Shown in pieces: positions 35,562 through 43,647 of a stretch of DNA of 64,000 nt. The stretch's first letter is position 1. Each line of letters opens with the position of its first letter. Below the pieces are notes generated by a model. That model saw only the letters and a list, made by a program, of their open reading frames with translations. It made no database searches and was not told where the DNA came from. This stretch comes from Burkholderiales bacterium (lineage in GTDB: Bacteria; Pseudomonadota; Gammaproteobacteria; Burkholderiales; SG8-39): positions 9,283 to 73,282 of the forward strand of contig JBBDXL010000170.1 of NCBI GenBank assembly GCA_040902335.1, given 5' to 3'. Position numbers and translations under genes: made by a program.

Positions 35562-36656
35562 CTAGAAGCGGATGTGCGCCGAGGCGTTGAGGCTGTTCCT
35601 CGCCCCGCGCCAGTTGTCGATGTGGAACTTGGTGAACGGCAGCCCGGTCAGCTCGAAGAACCTCGGCCAGCCGATGCGCTCCACCCAGTCGCCTACGCGC
35701 TCCCAGTCGCGCGCGTCCTTCTTGTAGGTATACAGGATCTTCTTCACCACCGCGGCGACTTCCGGCCAGCGCGGCGGGTTGTTGGGCAGGCCCGCCGCCA
35801 CCAGCTTCTGGAACATCGGCTTGGAGCGGGCGTTGGAGTTCTTCCCGCCCACCCAGATGGCGAGCTTGGAGTGCTCCGGGTCGTTGATCTGCATCGGCGG
35901 GCACGGCGGGTAGCAGGCGCCGCAGCAGATGCACTTCTTCTCGTCCACCTCGAGCGAGGGCTTGCCGTTGACGATCGCCGGGCGGATCGCCGCCACCGGG
36001 CAGCGCGCCACCACGGAAGGCCGCTCGCACACGTTCGCCACCAGGTCGTGGTTGATCTTCGGCGGCTTGGTGTGCTGCACGTTGATCGCGATGTCGCCCT
36101 GGCCGCCGCAGTTGATCTGGCAGCACGAGGTGGTGATGTGCACGCGGTTCGGCATCTCCTCCTTGATGAACTCCTCGTAGAGCTCGTCCATCAGGGACTT
36201 CACCACGCCCGAGGCGTCGGTGCCGGGGATGTCGCAGTGCAGCCAGCCCTGCGTATGCGAGATCATGGTCACCGAGTTGCCGGTGCCGCCGACCGGGTAG
36301 CCCGCGTCGTTGAACGCCTGGATGAGGGGGCCGACCTTCTCCCACTTCGACACCATCACTTCCAGATTGGAGCGGATGGTGAAGCGCACGTGGCCTTCGC
36401 CGTACTGGTCGACGATGTCGCACAGCAGGTTGATCTCGTAGGGCCCGAGCTGGCGCTGAGTGCCGACGCGCACCGTCCAGATCTCGTCGCCCGAGTAGGC
36501 GACGTGGTGCAGCACCCCCGGCCGCGGCCGGTCGTGGTACTTCCAGTTGCCGAAGTTCTTCACCATCAGCGGATGCATGAACTGCATGCCGTCGGGACAC
36601 CCGCTCTCGATCGGCGTGCGCATCTGCTTCTTCTCTACCGCCTGTGCTTGTGCCAC
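35562..36656 (-). CDS. dsrB: dissimilatory sulfite reductase beta subunit (reverse/oxidative type by gene context)
   Basis: 364-aa ORF with siroheme/Fe-S motifs (TSCCQINCGG, CICCGACYPPCP). Confidence 0.95.
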   Translation of the reverse strand: MAQAQAVEKKQMRTPIESGCPDGMQFMHPLMVKNFGNWKYHDRPRPGVLHHVAYSGDEIWTVRVGTQRQLGPYEINLLCDIVDQYGEGHVRFTIRSNLEVMVSKWEKVGPLIQAFNDAGYPVGGTGNSVTMISHTQGWLHCDIPGTDASGVVKSLMDELYEEFIKEEMPNRVHITTSCCQINCGGQGDIAINVQHTKPPKINHDLVANVCERPSVVARCPVAAIRPAIVNGKPSLEVDEKKCICCGACYPPCPPMQINDPEHSKLAIWVGGKNSNARSKPMFQKLVAAGLPNNPPRWPEVAAVVKKILYTYKKDARDWERVGDWVERIGWPRFFELTGLPFTKFHIDNWRGARNSLNASAHIRF

Positions 36657-36677
36657 CGCGACCTCCTCAGTCCTGAC

Positions 36678-37982
36678 TCAGGCTACCGGCTGCTTGTGCC
36701 GCTCCACCCACTTCGCCGCTTCCTGGTCCCAGTCGTCCAGGCGCACGTAGGAGCTGGTGCGCGGATGGCTGATCATGTTCGGGTCGACCTCCACGCCGAT
36801 GCCCTCCAGGAAGTTCGCCAGGCCGATCCTCTCGATCATCTCGCCGCAGCGCTCGTGCTCCAGGCCGTTCTCCGCCCAGAAATCGATCACCGTGGCCGCC
36901 AGCTCGCGCAGCTTCTCGTAGTCCTCGTCGGTGTCCATCTTCATGAACGGCACGATCACCGTGCCCATGGTGTCGCCGATCTTCAGCGTCCGCTTGCCGC
37001 CGATGAGCAGGGTGATGCCGCGATCCTTGCCGGGTTTGAGCGCCTTGGTCATGACGTTGATGCAGTGCATGCAGCGCACGCAGCTCTTGTTGTCGACCTC
37101 GAGCGTGTCGTCATCGTTCAGCGACAGCGCCCTGGTCGGGCAGCGCGCGATGACGTTGTCGATGGTGTACTTGCGGCCGTGGCTCTCGATGTAGTCCTTC
37201 ACGCCCTTCTGGTCGACCTGCATGTCGTCGCGCCAGGTGCCGATCACGGCGAAGTCGGCGCGCTGGATCGAGTTCATGCAGTCGTTCGGGCAGCCCGAGA
37301 CCTTGAACTTGAACTTGTAGGGCAGCGCCGGGCGGTGCATGTCGTCGATGAAGTTGTTGACCAGCGTGCTGTGGATGCGGTGCTCGTTGGCGCAGGACTG
37401 CTCGCAGCGCGCCGCGCCGACGCAGGACATGGCGGTGCGCACGCACGGGCCCGCGCCGCCCAGGTCGAAGCCGTACTCGTTGATCTCGTCGAAGAAATGC
37501 TGCGTGTTCTCGCTGGTCGAGCCGATGAACATGATGTTGCCGGTCTGGCCGTGGAAAGCGATCAGGCCCGAGCCCCACTTGTTCCAGGAGTTGGAGAGCT
37601 GCCGCAGCAGCTTGGTGGTGTAGTGGTTCCCGGCGGGCGGCTGCACGCGCAGCGTGTGGAATTCCTTCGACTCCGGAAACATGCTCGCCACTTCGGAGAA
37701 GCGCGGGATGATGCCCCCGCCATAGCCGAACACCGAGACCGTGCCGCCCTTCCAGTAGCCGAGGCGCGTCTTGTACGAGTGCTCGAGCTGGCCGAGCAGG
37801 TCGACCATCATGTTGTTCTCGTGCGCCAGGCGCTTCAAGCCCGTGACGAAGCTCGGCCAGGGGCCGCTCTCGAGCTGGTCGAGCATCGGCGTCGGGTGGA
37901 AGGCCTTGGTGGACTTCTTCTCCTTGGGCAGGTAGGTGCTGTGCCGCTGCGGATCTTTCGGCGGCGTGCGGGCGTCGGACAT
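36678..37982 (-). CDS. dsrA: dissimilatory sulfite reductase alpha subunit (reverse/oxidative type by gene context)
   Basis: 434-aa ORF with ferredoxin-insert motifs (CVRCMHCINVM, SGCPNDC). First gene of the operon. Confidence 0.95.
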   Translation of the reverse strand: MSDARTPPKDPQRHSTYLPKEKKSTKAFHPTPMLDQLESGPWPSFVTGLKRLAHENNMMVDLLGQLEHSYKTRLGYWKGGTVSVFGYGGGIIPRFSEVASMFPESKEFHTLRVQPPAGNHYTTKLLRQLSNSWNKWGSGLIAFHGQTGNIMFIGSTSENTQHFFDEINEYGFDLGGAGPCVRTAMSCVGAARCEQSCANEHRIHSTLVNNFIDDMHRPALPYKFKFKVSGCPNDCMNSIQRADFAVIGTWRDDMQVDQKGVKDYIESHGRKYTIDNVIARCPTRALSLNDDDTLEVDNKSCVRCMHCINVMTKALKPGKDRGITLLIGGKRTLKIGDTMGTVIVPFMKMDTDEDYEKLRELAATVIDFWAENGLEHERCGEMIERIGLANFLEGIGVEVDPNMISHPRTSSYVRLDDWDQEAAKWVERHKQPVA

Positions 37983-38054
37983 CGCGGTCCCTCCAGATGT
38001 GCGAAATCGAGCCCCGCCAGTGTAATGACGCCCCCTCGCGCACCTGCCTGATCA

Positions 38055-38085
38055 TTGGGGATAGGCACCTCTCCCTTTGGGGATA
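38055..38085. promoter_or_regulatory. direct repeat TTGGGGATA x2 (22-bp spacing) in the dsrA / tauD-like divergent intergenic region
   Basis: TTGGGGATA at 38055..38063 and again at 38077..38085. Lies 73-103 nt upstream of the dsrA ATG and 32-62 nt upstream of the 38117 ATG. Confidence 0.3.
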
Positions 38086-38116
38086 TACGGGTTGCTTATG
38101 CCCAAGAGAGCCGCAA

Positions 38117-38998
38117 ATGCGGTACGTTGTGTTCGCCTTGAACGCCGTCCTGCAAGACCCATTCGACCGCCGGCGCGAGCGCAAGCTCGCGCGCTATCCG
38201 CGCCGCACCGAGGACCTGATCGTCGAGGTGCGCGATCCGCGCAATCTGAGCGACAGCGAGGCTGCCGAGATCCGGCGCCTGTGCGCCGTGGCGAACATGG
38301 CGGTGTACGCGAGCCCGCTCGCAGGCATAGCGGACAAGGACATCGCGCGGCGCCTCGGCGAGCGCCTCGGGCTCGAGCGCCTGCAGGCCAATCCGCTCGC
38401 CGACGAGGACGGCATCACCTCGCTCGAGGTGGCGGCGGAAAAGTCGGGACGAGGCTACATCCCGTACTCCAGCCGGCGGCTCCTCTGGCACACCGATGGC
38501 TACTACAACCCGCCCGCGAGCCGCATCCGCGCCTTCCTCCTGCACTGCGTGCGCCCCGCGGCCGAAGGCGGCGAGAACCGGCTGCTCGATCCGGAGATCG
38601 CCTACCTCCTGCTGCGCGACGCCGACCCGCGCTACGTCGCGGCGCTCTCGGCGCCAGACGCCATGACCATTCCCGCCAACGAGGAGAATCCCGCCGCGCA
38701 GCGCGCGGCGCAGACGGGTCCGGTCTTCTCCTGCGAGGGCGGCGCGCTGCACATGCGCTACACCGCGCGCACGCGCAGCATCGAGTGGCGGCCGGACGAG
38801 GTGACGCAGGCCGCGGTGCAGCGCCTGCGCGAGATCCTCGACTCCGACTCGCCCTATGTCTTCAAGCTGAGGCTCTCGGGAGGCCAGGGCCTGGTGTGCA
38901 ACAACGTGCTGCACGATCGCAGCGAGTTCACCGACGCACCCGGCGCGGGCCGCCTCGTGTACCGGGCGCGCTACGCCGACCGCATCGGCCCGGCATGA
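38117..38998 (+). CDS. TauD/TfdA-family Fe(II)/2-oxoglutarate dioxygenase-like protein
   Basis: 293-aa product from MRYVVFALN.... Has the HxD facial-triad motif LLWHTDGYY and the distal His in NNVLHDRSEF. The earlier track start (37997) lies within the promoter region. Confidence 0.75.
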   Translation: MRYVVFALNAVLQDPFDRRRERKLARYPRRTEDLIVEVRDPRNLSDSEAAEIRRLCAVANMAVYASPLAGIADKDIARRLGERLGLERLQANPLADEDGITSLEVAAEKSGRGYIPYSSRRLLWHTDGYYNPPASRIRAFLLHCVRPAAEGGENRLLDPEIAYLLLRDADPRYVAALSAPDAMTIPANEENPAAQRAAQTGPVFSCEGGALHMRYTARTRSIEWRPDEVTQAAVQRLREILDSDSPYVFKLRLSGGQGLVCNNVLHDRSEFTDAPGAGRLVYRARYADRIGPA

Positions 38999-39717
38999 AG
39001 ACCATCCCGCTCAAGTACATCCGGGAAGACCCGGGCGTCGGCAACGCCGACGACAGCAGCGACGCGGCCGAGGAGACCGGGAAGCTCAAGCGCCTGGTCG
39101 CCGGCGTGCGCGAGGAGCTCGACGCGCTCTCCCCCGGCGCGGCGCCGCTGCGCCGCGCCGACCTGCTGCTGCAGCTCGGCCGCGCGCTGGTGCGGCTCGA
39201 GCAGGGCGCCGAGGCCTGGGCCACCGCGCGCGAGGCGTTCGACCTATATCTCGCCGAGCAGGCCTGGGAAGGCGCGGCGCAGGCCTGCGACATCCTGTTC
39301 CTCGCCGGCGAGCCGCAATCGCTCGCCGCGCTCGGCCAGGGCATCTGGCTCGCGGTGACCTACCCGATCGATCCCGAGCTGAGCGTCGCGCTGCTGCAGC
39401 ACGTGGTCGACGAGACGCCGCCGGACGCCGACGGCGCGGCGGTTGCCGCGGTGACGGCGCACTACCTCGTAGACCTGCGCGCACAGGATCCGCAGCGCGA
39501 GCACCTGCTGCTCTACACCAACCAGCTGCTCGCTACGGTCGCGCGCCGGCATAGCGGCGTGGACGGGCAGGAGGCGTTCAACCGCTGGATCGAGGACATG
39601 GAGCTGAGCGACCCGGCGAAGTTCCTGCCGCGCCTCAGGAACGTGGTCGACGTCCTGGTGCAGGACGAGTGGTGGCTCGACCGCGACGCCCTGCAGGCGG
39701 CGCTGCCCGCGGACTGA
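38995..39717 (+). CDS. hypothetical helical protein
   Basis: 240-aa product MKTIPLKYIREDPG... with an ATGA overlap with the tauD-like gene. Coding-like composition; I recognised no family. Confidence 0.6.
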   Translation: MKTIPLKYIREDPGVGNADDSSDAAEETGKLKRLVAGVREELDALSPGAAPLRRADLLLQLGRALVRLEQGAEAWATAREAFDLYLAEQAWEGAAQACDILFLAGEPQSLAALGQGIWLAVTYPIDPELSVALLQHVVDETPPDADGAAVAAVTAHYLVDLRAQDPQREHLLLYTNQLLATVARRHSGVDGQEAFNRWIEDMELSDPAKFLPRLRNVVDVLVQDEWWLDRDALQAALPAD

Positions 39718-39722
39718 GTGGC

Positions 39723-40364
39723 ATGGACGAGGTCGTGGACGCGGTGTTCGCGATCGAGTGCCGCAGCCTGCCGGTCGACCACGCTTACGCGCTCTCCGCG
39801 GCGATCCAGGCGGCGCTGCCCTGGTTCGCCGGCGAGCCGCAAGCCGGGCTGCACACGATCCACGGGGCGTCCTCGGCGAGCGGCTGGATGCGGCCCGAGG
39901 GCGAGGACGCGCTGCTGCAGCTTTCGCATCGCACGAAGCTCGTGCTGCGCATTCCCGAGCGTCGCCTGGCGCATGCCGAGGCGCTCACCGGACTGACGCT
40001 GGACGTCGCCGGCTGGCCGATGCGCGTAGGCCGGGTATCGCCGCGCCCGCTCGTGCGCATCGCGTCGCTCTTCTCGCGCAGCGTGATCTTCGAGGGCGCG
40101 GCCGACGAGCCGGCGTTCGTCGCCGCCGCGATCGAGGGGCTGCGCGCGCTCGGCGTGGAAACCTCGACCATGCTCTGCGGGCGCGAGGTGACCCTCGCCA
40201 CGCCGGAAGGTACCTATCGGACGCGCAGCCTGATGGTGACTGTCGCCACGCCGGCGCAGTCGCTCGAGTTGCAGCGCCACGGGCTGGGCGAAGCGCGCAA
40301 GCTCGGCTGCGGCCTGTTTATTCCCCACAAGGACGTGGGCGACCTGCGCTCCGGATCGGATTGA
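39723..40364 (+). CDS. Cas6/Cmx6-like (type I-MYXAN Cas6 family) protein, orphan
   Basis: 213-aa product MDEVVDAVFAIECRSLPVDHAYAL...LELQRHGLGEARKLGCGLFIPHKD. The N-terminal VD..F.i.g..LP.DH and C-terminal G.G..R..GCG.F.PHK signatures match my memory of the Cmx6 family. No HMM search was run. Confidence 0.55.
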   Translation: MDEVVDAVFAIECRSLPVDHAYALSAAIQAALPWFAGEPQAGLHTIHGASSASGWMRPEGEDALLQLSHRTKLVLRIPERRLAHAEALTGLTLDVAGWPMRVGRVSPRPLVRIASLFSRSVIFEGAADEPAFVAAAIEGLRALGVETSTMLCGREVTLATPEGTYRTRSLMVTVATPAQSLELQRHGLGEARKLGCGLFIPHKDVGDLRSGSD

Positions 40365-40381
40365 TCGCAAAAGAGGACACC

Positions 40382-40723
40382 ATGACGTACGAAGTGAACG
40401 GCAGGACGCTCGAGGCGACCGAGAGCGGCTACCTGGCGAACCCGGACGACTGGGACAAGGATGTCGCGCAGGCGATCGCCGCCGCGGAAGGGCTTGCACT
40501 CACCCAGGACCACTGGGACGTGATCGAGTACCTGCGCGATGCCTGGTTCAACCACAACGCCGAGCAGCCCAACAACCGCGCCATCCTCAAGGCGATGCAG
40601 GACAAATGGGCGGGCCGCAAGGTGGACAACAAGACCCTGTTCGATCTCTACCCGGGCAACCCGTCCAAGCAGGCGGGCAAGATCGCCGGGCTGCCCGAGA
40701 GCCTGAGGAAGGGCGGGTACTGA
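40382..40723 (+). CDS. TusE/DsrC-family protein with no cysteines (copy A; tail ...PSKQAGKIAGLPESLRKGGY)
   Basis: 113-aa product MTYEVNGRTLEATESGYLANPDDWDKDVAQAIAAAEGLALTQDHWDVIEYLRD.... Clear DsrC fold pattern, but both functional Cys are replaced. Confidence 0.85.
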   Translation: MTYEVNGRTLEATESGYLANPDDWDKDVAQAIAAAEGLALTQDHWDVIEYLRDAWFNHNAEQPNNRAILKAMQDKWAGRKVDNKTLFDLYPGNPSKQAGKIAGLPESLRKGGY

Positions 40724-40748
40724 GCTGTTATTGAAATAGCGCACCCTA

Positions 40749-40838
40749 TCGTAGGCTGGCTACGAATTATCCGTCCGTTCTAATAGATCGTCAGCAGGTA
40801 ATATTAGTATGGTGTGTATAATCGTAGTGTGGCTACGA
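40749..40838. promoter_or_regulatory. pair of palindromes TCGTAG-N5-CTACGA upstream of / overlapping the abiEi start: candidate AbiEi operator
   Basis: TCGTAGGCTGGCTACGA at 40749..40765 and TCGTAGTGTGGCTACGA at 40822..40838, in an AT-rich stretch containing TATAAT (40817..40822). Confidence 0.35.
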
Positions 40839-41566
40839 CTACTCATAGCAAACTAAATAACCTCTATAACCGGTTGCCTGGCGGCTCTCCGGTGACTTCG
40901 GCGGAGCTCGCTCGGATGGGTGTTTCCGCGGACCTTGCGGTCCACTACGCACGCGCCGGGTGGCTGCGGCGCTTGGCAAAGGGTGTCTACACCAAGCCTG
41001 GCGACTCGCTCCAGTTGCATCCAAGCCTCGTCGTGCTCCAACGGCAAGTAGCCGGCCTTCACGTTGGCGGGAAGACGGCTCTCGAGTGGTACGGCGTCCG
41101 CCAGTATGTGGCGCAGCAGTCCGTACTGCATCTGTACGGCTGGGTGACCGCGAAACATCCCGAGTGGTTCGTCAAGCACTTCCCGAGCGAGTATCACCGC
41201 AAGCGGCTGTTCAAGGAAAAGCCCGAGAACATGCCTGGAGTGGGTCGCTTCGAGAATCGCGACAACGCGCCCATGGTTTCAACGCCGGAACGGGCGCTCC
41301 TCGAGCTCCTGGACGAGGTGGGCGTTCGGCAACCGCTGCAGGAGGCGAGGGAGATAGCCGAAGGCACGTACAACCTCCGCGCCGAAGTGCTGATGGATCT
41401 TCTCAAGCAGTGCACGAGCGTGAAGACGGTACGGCTGTGCCTCATGCTCGGGCGCGAGCTTTCGCTGCCGTGGGGGAGCAAGCTCGACGCAGACGCCCTG
41501 CCGAAGGGAAGCGCGCGTCCCTGGATATCGAAGTCCAAAGACGGCCTGCTGGTGCTCAAGCCTTGA
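40814..41566 (+). CDS. abiEi: type IV toxin-antitoxin system AbiEi family antitoxin
   Basis: 250-aa ORF. N-terminal wHTH pattern (VTSAELARMGVSADLAVHYARAGWLRRLAKGVY) and a C-terminal AbiEi_3-like region. The start is uncertain (GTG 40814, GTG 40829 or later). Confidence 0.8.
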   Translation: MYNRSVATTTHSKLNNLYNRLPGGSPVTSAELARMGVSADLAVHYARAGWLRRLAKGVYTKPGDSLQLHPSLVVLQRQVAGLHVGGKTALEWYGVRQYVAQQSVLHLYGWVTAKHPEWFVKHFPSEYHRKRLFKEKPENMPGVGRFENRDNAPMVSTPERALLELLDEVGVRQPLQEAREIAEGTYNLRAEVLMDLLKQCTSVKTVRLCLMLGRELSLPWGSKLDADALPKGSARPWISKSKDGLLVLKP

Positions 41567-42480
41567 ATCAGGTTTATCTCGATACCGCGCGGCTCCTGAC
41601 CCAGGTCGCACCGCTGGTGTTCGCGAACAACGTCTTCGCGCTCAAGGGCGGAACGGCGATCAATCTCTTCGTCCGCGACATGCCCCGGCTGTCCGTGGAC
41701 CTCGACCTGGTTTTCGCCGATCACACCCTGGCCCGGGAAGAAGCGCTCGGCAAGATCAATGAGGCGATCAGGAGCGCCGGCGAGCGCCTGAAGAAGCGCG
41801 GGTTCCAGACTCACGTGGCGACGGTCGCCGACGCCGGCGAAACCAAGTTGTTCGTCCGGCGCGAGAAGCTGGAAGTCAAGGTCGAAGTAAATTTCGTGCT
41901 GCGAGGCACGGTGCATCCGGTTCGTCCGGCGTCGCTCACCGCGAAGGCGAAGGAAGTCTTGCAGGCGGATCTGGAATTACCGCTCCTGTCGCTTGAGGAT
42001 CTGTATGGCGGGAAGCTCGTGGCGGCAATGGACCGCCAGCATGCGCGAGACCTGTTCGACGTCATGGAGCTCTTCCGTCATGGGGGAATCACGCCGGGCA
42101 TCCGGCGCAGCTTCGTCGCCTACCTGGCCGCGCACAACCGGCCGATTCACGAGGTGCTTTACCCGAACCTTCGGGATGTTTCGGGCGGATACGAGGGCAC
42201 TTTCAAGGGCATGACGGCGGAGCCCGTGGCGTTGAAGGCGCTCCTGGCGGCGCGCGAGCGCATGGTGAAAGAGCTGCAGGCGGGGCTCGACATCGCCGAG
42301 CGCGAGTTCCTGCTATCGCTCGCCAGGAACGACCCCAAGTGGGACTTGCTGGGCATAGCGCATCTCGAGCAGATGCCCGGCGTCCGGTGGAAGCTGGAGA
42401 ACCTCGGCCGCCTGGCGAAGGCGAACCCGAAGAAGCTCAAGGCGCAGGCTGAGGAACTCGAGCGGCTGCTTGCGAAGTGA
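41563..42480 (+). CDS. abiEii: nucleotidyltransferase AbiEii/AbiGii family toxin
   Basis: 305-aa product with a TTG start overlapping the abiEi stop (TTGA). Has the FALKGGTAINLF...RLSVDLDLVF NTase motif. Confidence 0.85.
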   Translation: MNQVYLDTARLLTQVAPLVFANNVFALKGGTAINLFVRDMPRLSVDLDLVFADHTLAREEALGKINEAIRSAGERLKKRGFQTHVATVADAGETKLFVRREKLEVKVEVNFVLRGTVHPVRPASLTAKAKEVLQADLELPLLSLEDLYGGKLVAAMDRQHARDLFDVMELFRHGGITPGIRRSFVAYLAAHNRPIHEVLYPNLRDVSGGYEGTFKGMTAEPVALKALLAARERMVKELQAGLDIAEREFLLSLARNDPKWDLLGIAHLEQMPGVRWKLENLGRLAKANPKKLKAQAEELERLLAK

Positions 42481-42524
42481 AGAGCGCGACCCGCGCGGCG
42501 GGGCGGCCGCGCGGCAGACCGGGA

Positions 42525-42920
42525 TTAGCCTTGCCCTTCCGGCTCGCCCTGCCAGAGCATGTCGTAGCCCAGTTCCTTGGTCTCGGTGCACATCTTCGCC
42601 AGCGCCTCGAACTTGTTGGTGAACGTGGCGTCGGCGTGCGAGCGCTCGTGCTCCTCGAAGGAGCGCCAGTAGGTGACGATGACGTAATGCTCGTCCGCGG
42701 TGCGCGTGGCGTTGAGCGAGCCCTGGTCGGACACGAAGCCGGAGAACTTGAACACCTGGCCGGCGATGAAGCCGCCCTTGTCTCCACCGTAGGTTTCCTT
42801 GACCACGTTGCACATCTCGCCCACGGCCAGCTCGACATCCTCGAACTTGACGCCGGGCTTGAGTTTCACGGTGTTGAACAGCATCTTGGCGCCGAAGGGC
42901 AGGGTGATCGGTTCGAACAT
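42525..42920 (-). CDS. hypothetical protein, ABM/Dabb-like (ferredoxin-like alpha+beta) domain
   Basis: 131-aa ORF. The VIVTYWRSFEEHERSHADATFTNKF pattern resembles antibiotic-biosynthesis-monooxygenase-like domains. Confidence 0.5.
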   Translation of the reverse strand: MFEPITLPFGAKMLFNTVKLKPGVKFEDVELAVGEMCNVVKETYGGDKGGFIAGQVFKFSGFVSDQGSLNATRTADEHYVIVTYWRSFEEHERSHADATFTNKFEALAKMCTETKELGYDMLWQGEPEGQG

Positions 42921-42988
42921 CAGCTTGCTCCGTAAGTAAGAGAGTCTTTCGACAACCCCATTTTGCCCAGGTTTCAGGAGACAGGACC

Positions 42989-43330
42989 ATGACGTACGAA
43001 GTGAACGGCAGGACGCTCGAGGCCACCGAGAGCGGCTACCTGGTGAACCAGGACGACTGGGACAAGGACGTCGCGCAGGCGATCGCCGCGGCCGAAGGCC
43101 TCACGCTCACCCAGGACCACTGGGACGTGATCGAGTACTTGCGCGATGCCTACCTCAATCACAACGGCGAGCAGCCGAACAATCGTGCCATCCTCAAGGC
43201 CATGCAAGACCAGTGGCCGGAGCGCAAGGTGGACAACAAGACCCTGTTCGATCTCTACCCGGGCAACCCTTCCAAGCAGGCGGGCAAGATCGCGGGGCTG
43301 CCCGAGAGCCTGCGCAAGGGCGGGTACTGA
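42989..43330 (+). CDS. TusE/DsrC-family protein with no cysteines (copy B, 9 aa differences from copy A)
   Basis: 113-aa ORF, collinear with 40382..40723. Nucleotide similarity starts at the ATG and stops at the TGA. Confidence 0.85.
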   Translation: MTYEVNGRTLEATESGYLVNQDDWDKDVAQAIAAAEGLTLTQDHWDVIEYLRDAYLNHNGEQPNNRAILKAMQDQWPERKVDNKTLFDLYPGNPSKQAGKIAGLPESLRKGGY

Positions 43331-43407
43331 CGATCCGTACGGCTTCGCCGTTCTGGCCAGGCTGGCCAGACATGCGTATACTGGGCGCATAAGCCACGGA
43401 GACGGAC

Positions 43408-43647
43408 ATGCGCCTTAACATACTTGAAGCGAAGAACCGGTTGTCCGAGCTGGTGCGCGCCGCATGTGCCGGAAAGGAAGTTGTGATCGCGAAGAACGGG
43501 CAGCCGATGGTGCGGCTCGTGCCCATCGCGGCAGCCGCCGGACTCAAGGGTTTCGGTTCGTTGAAATCCGTTCGCGGCGATGCCGACAAGGCGTTCACGC
43601 CTGCCACCGAGCGCGAGGTCGCGCGGCTCTTTCGCGGCCGCGCGTGA
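43408..43647 (+). CDS. Phd/YefM-family type II antitoxin
   Basis: 79-aa ORF MRLNILEAKNRLSELVRAACAGKEVVIAKNGQPMVRLVP, the classic Phd/YefM N-terminus. Confidence 0.8.
   Translation: MRLNILEAKNRLSELVRAACAGKEVVIAKNGQPMVRLVPIAAAAGLKGFGSLKSVRGDADKAFTPATEREVARLFRGRA

Noticed and set aside
35574-38051. 825-aa plus-strand ORF.
   Set aside because: It is antisense to dsrB and dsrA and has repetitive Arg/Ala/His/Val/Leu composition with no motifs. The opposite strand carries unmistakable DsrAB sequences.
43331-43407. A short inverted repeat ATGCG-N9-CGCAT around a TATACT hexamer as the Phd/VapC operator.
   Set aside because: The arms are only 5 bp, which is easily a chance match. I mention it here but do not report it as a feature.
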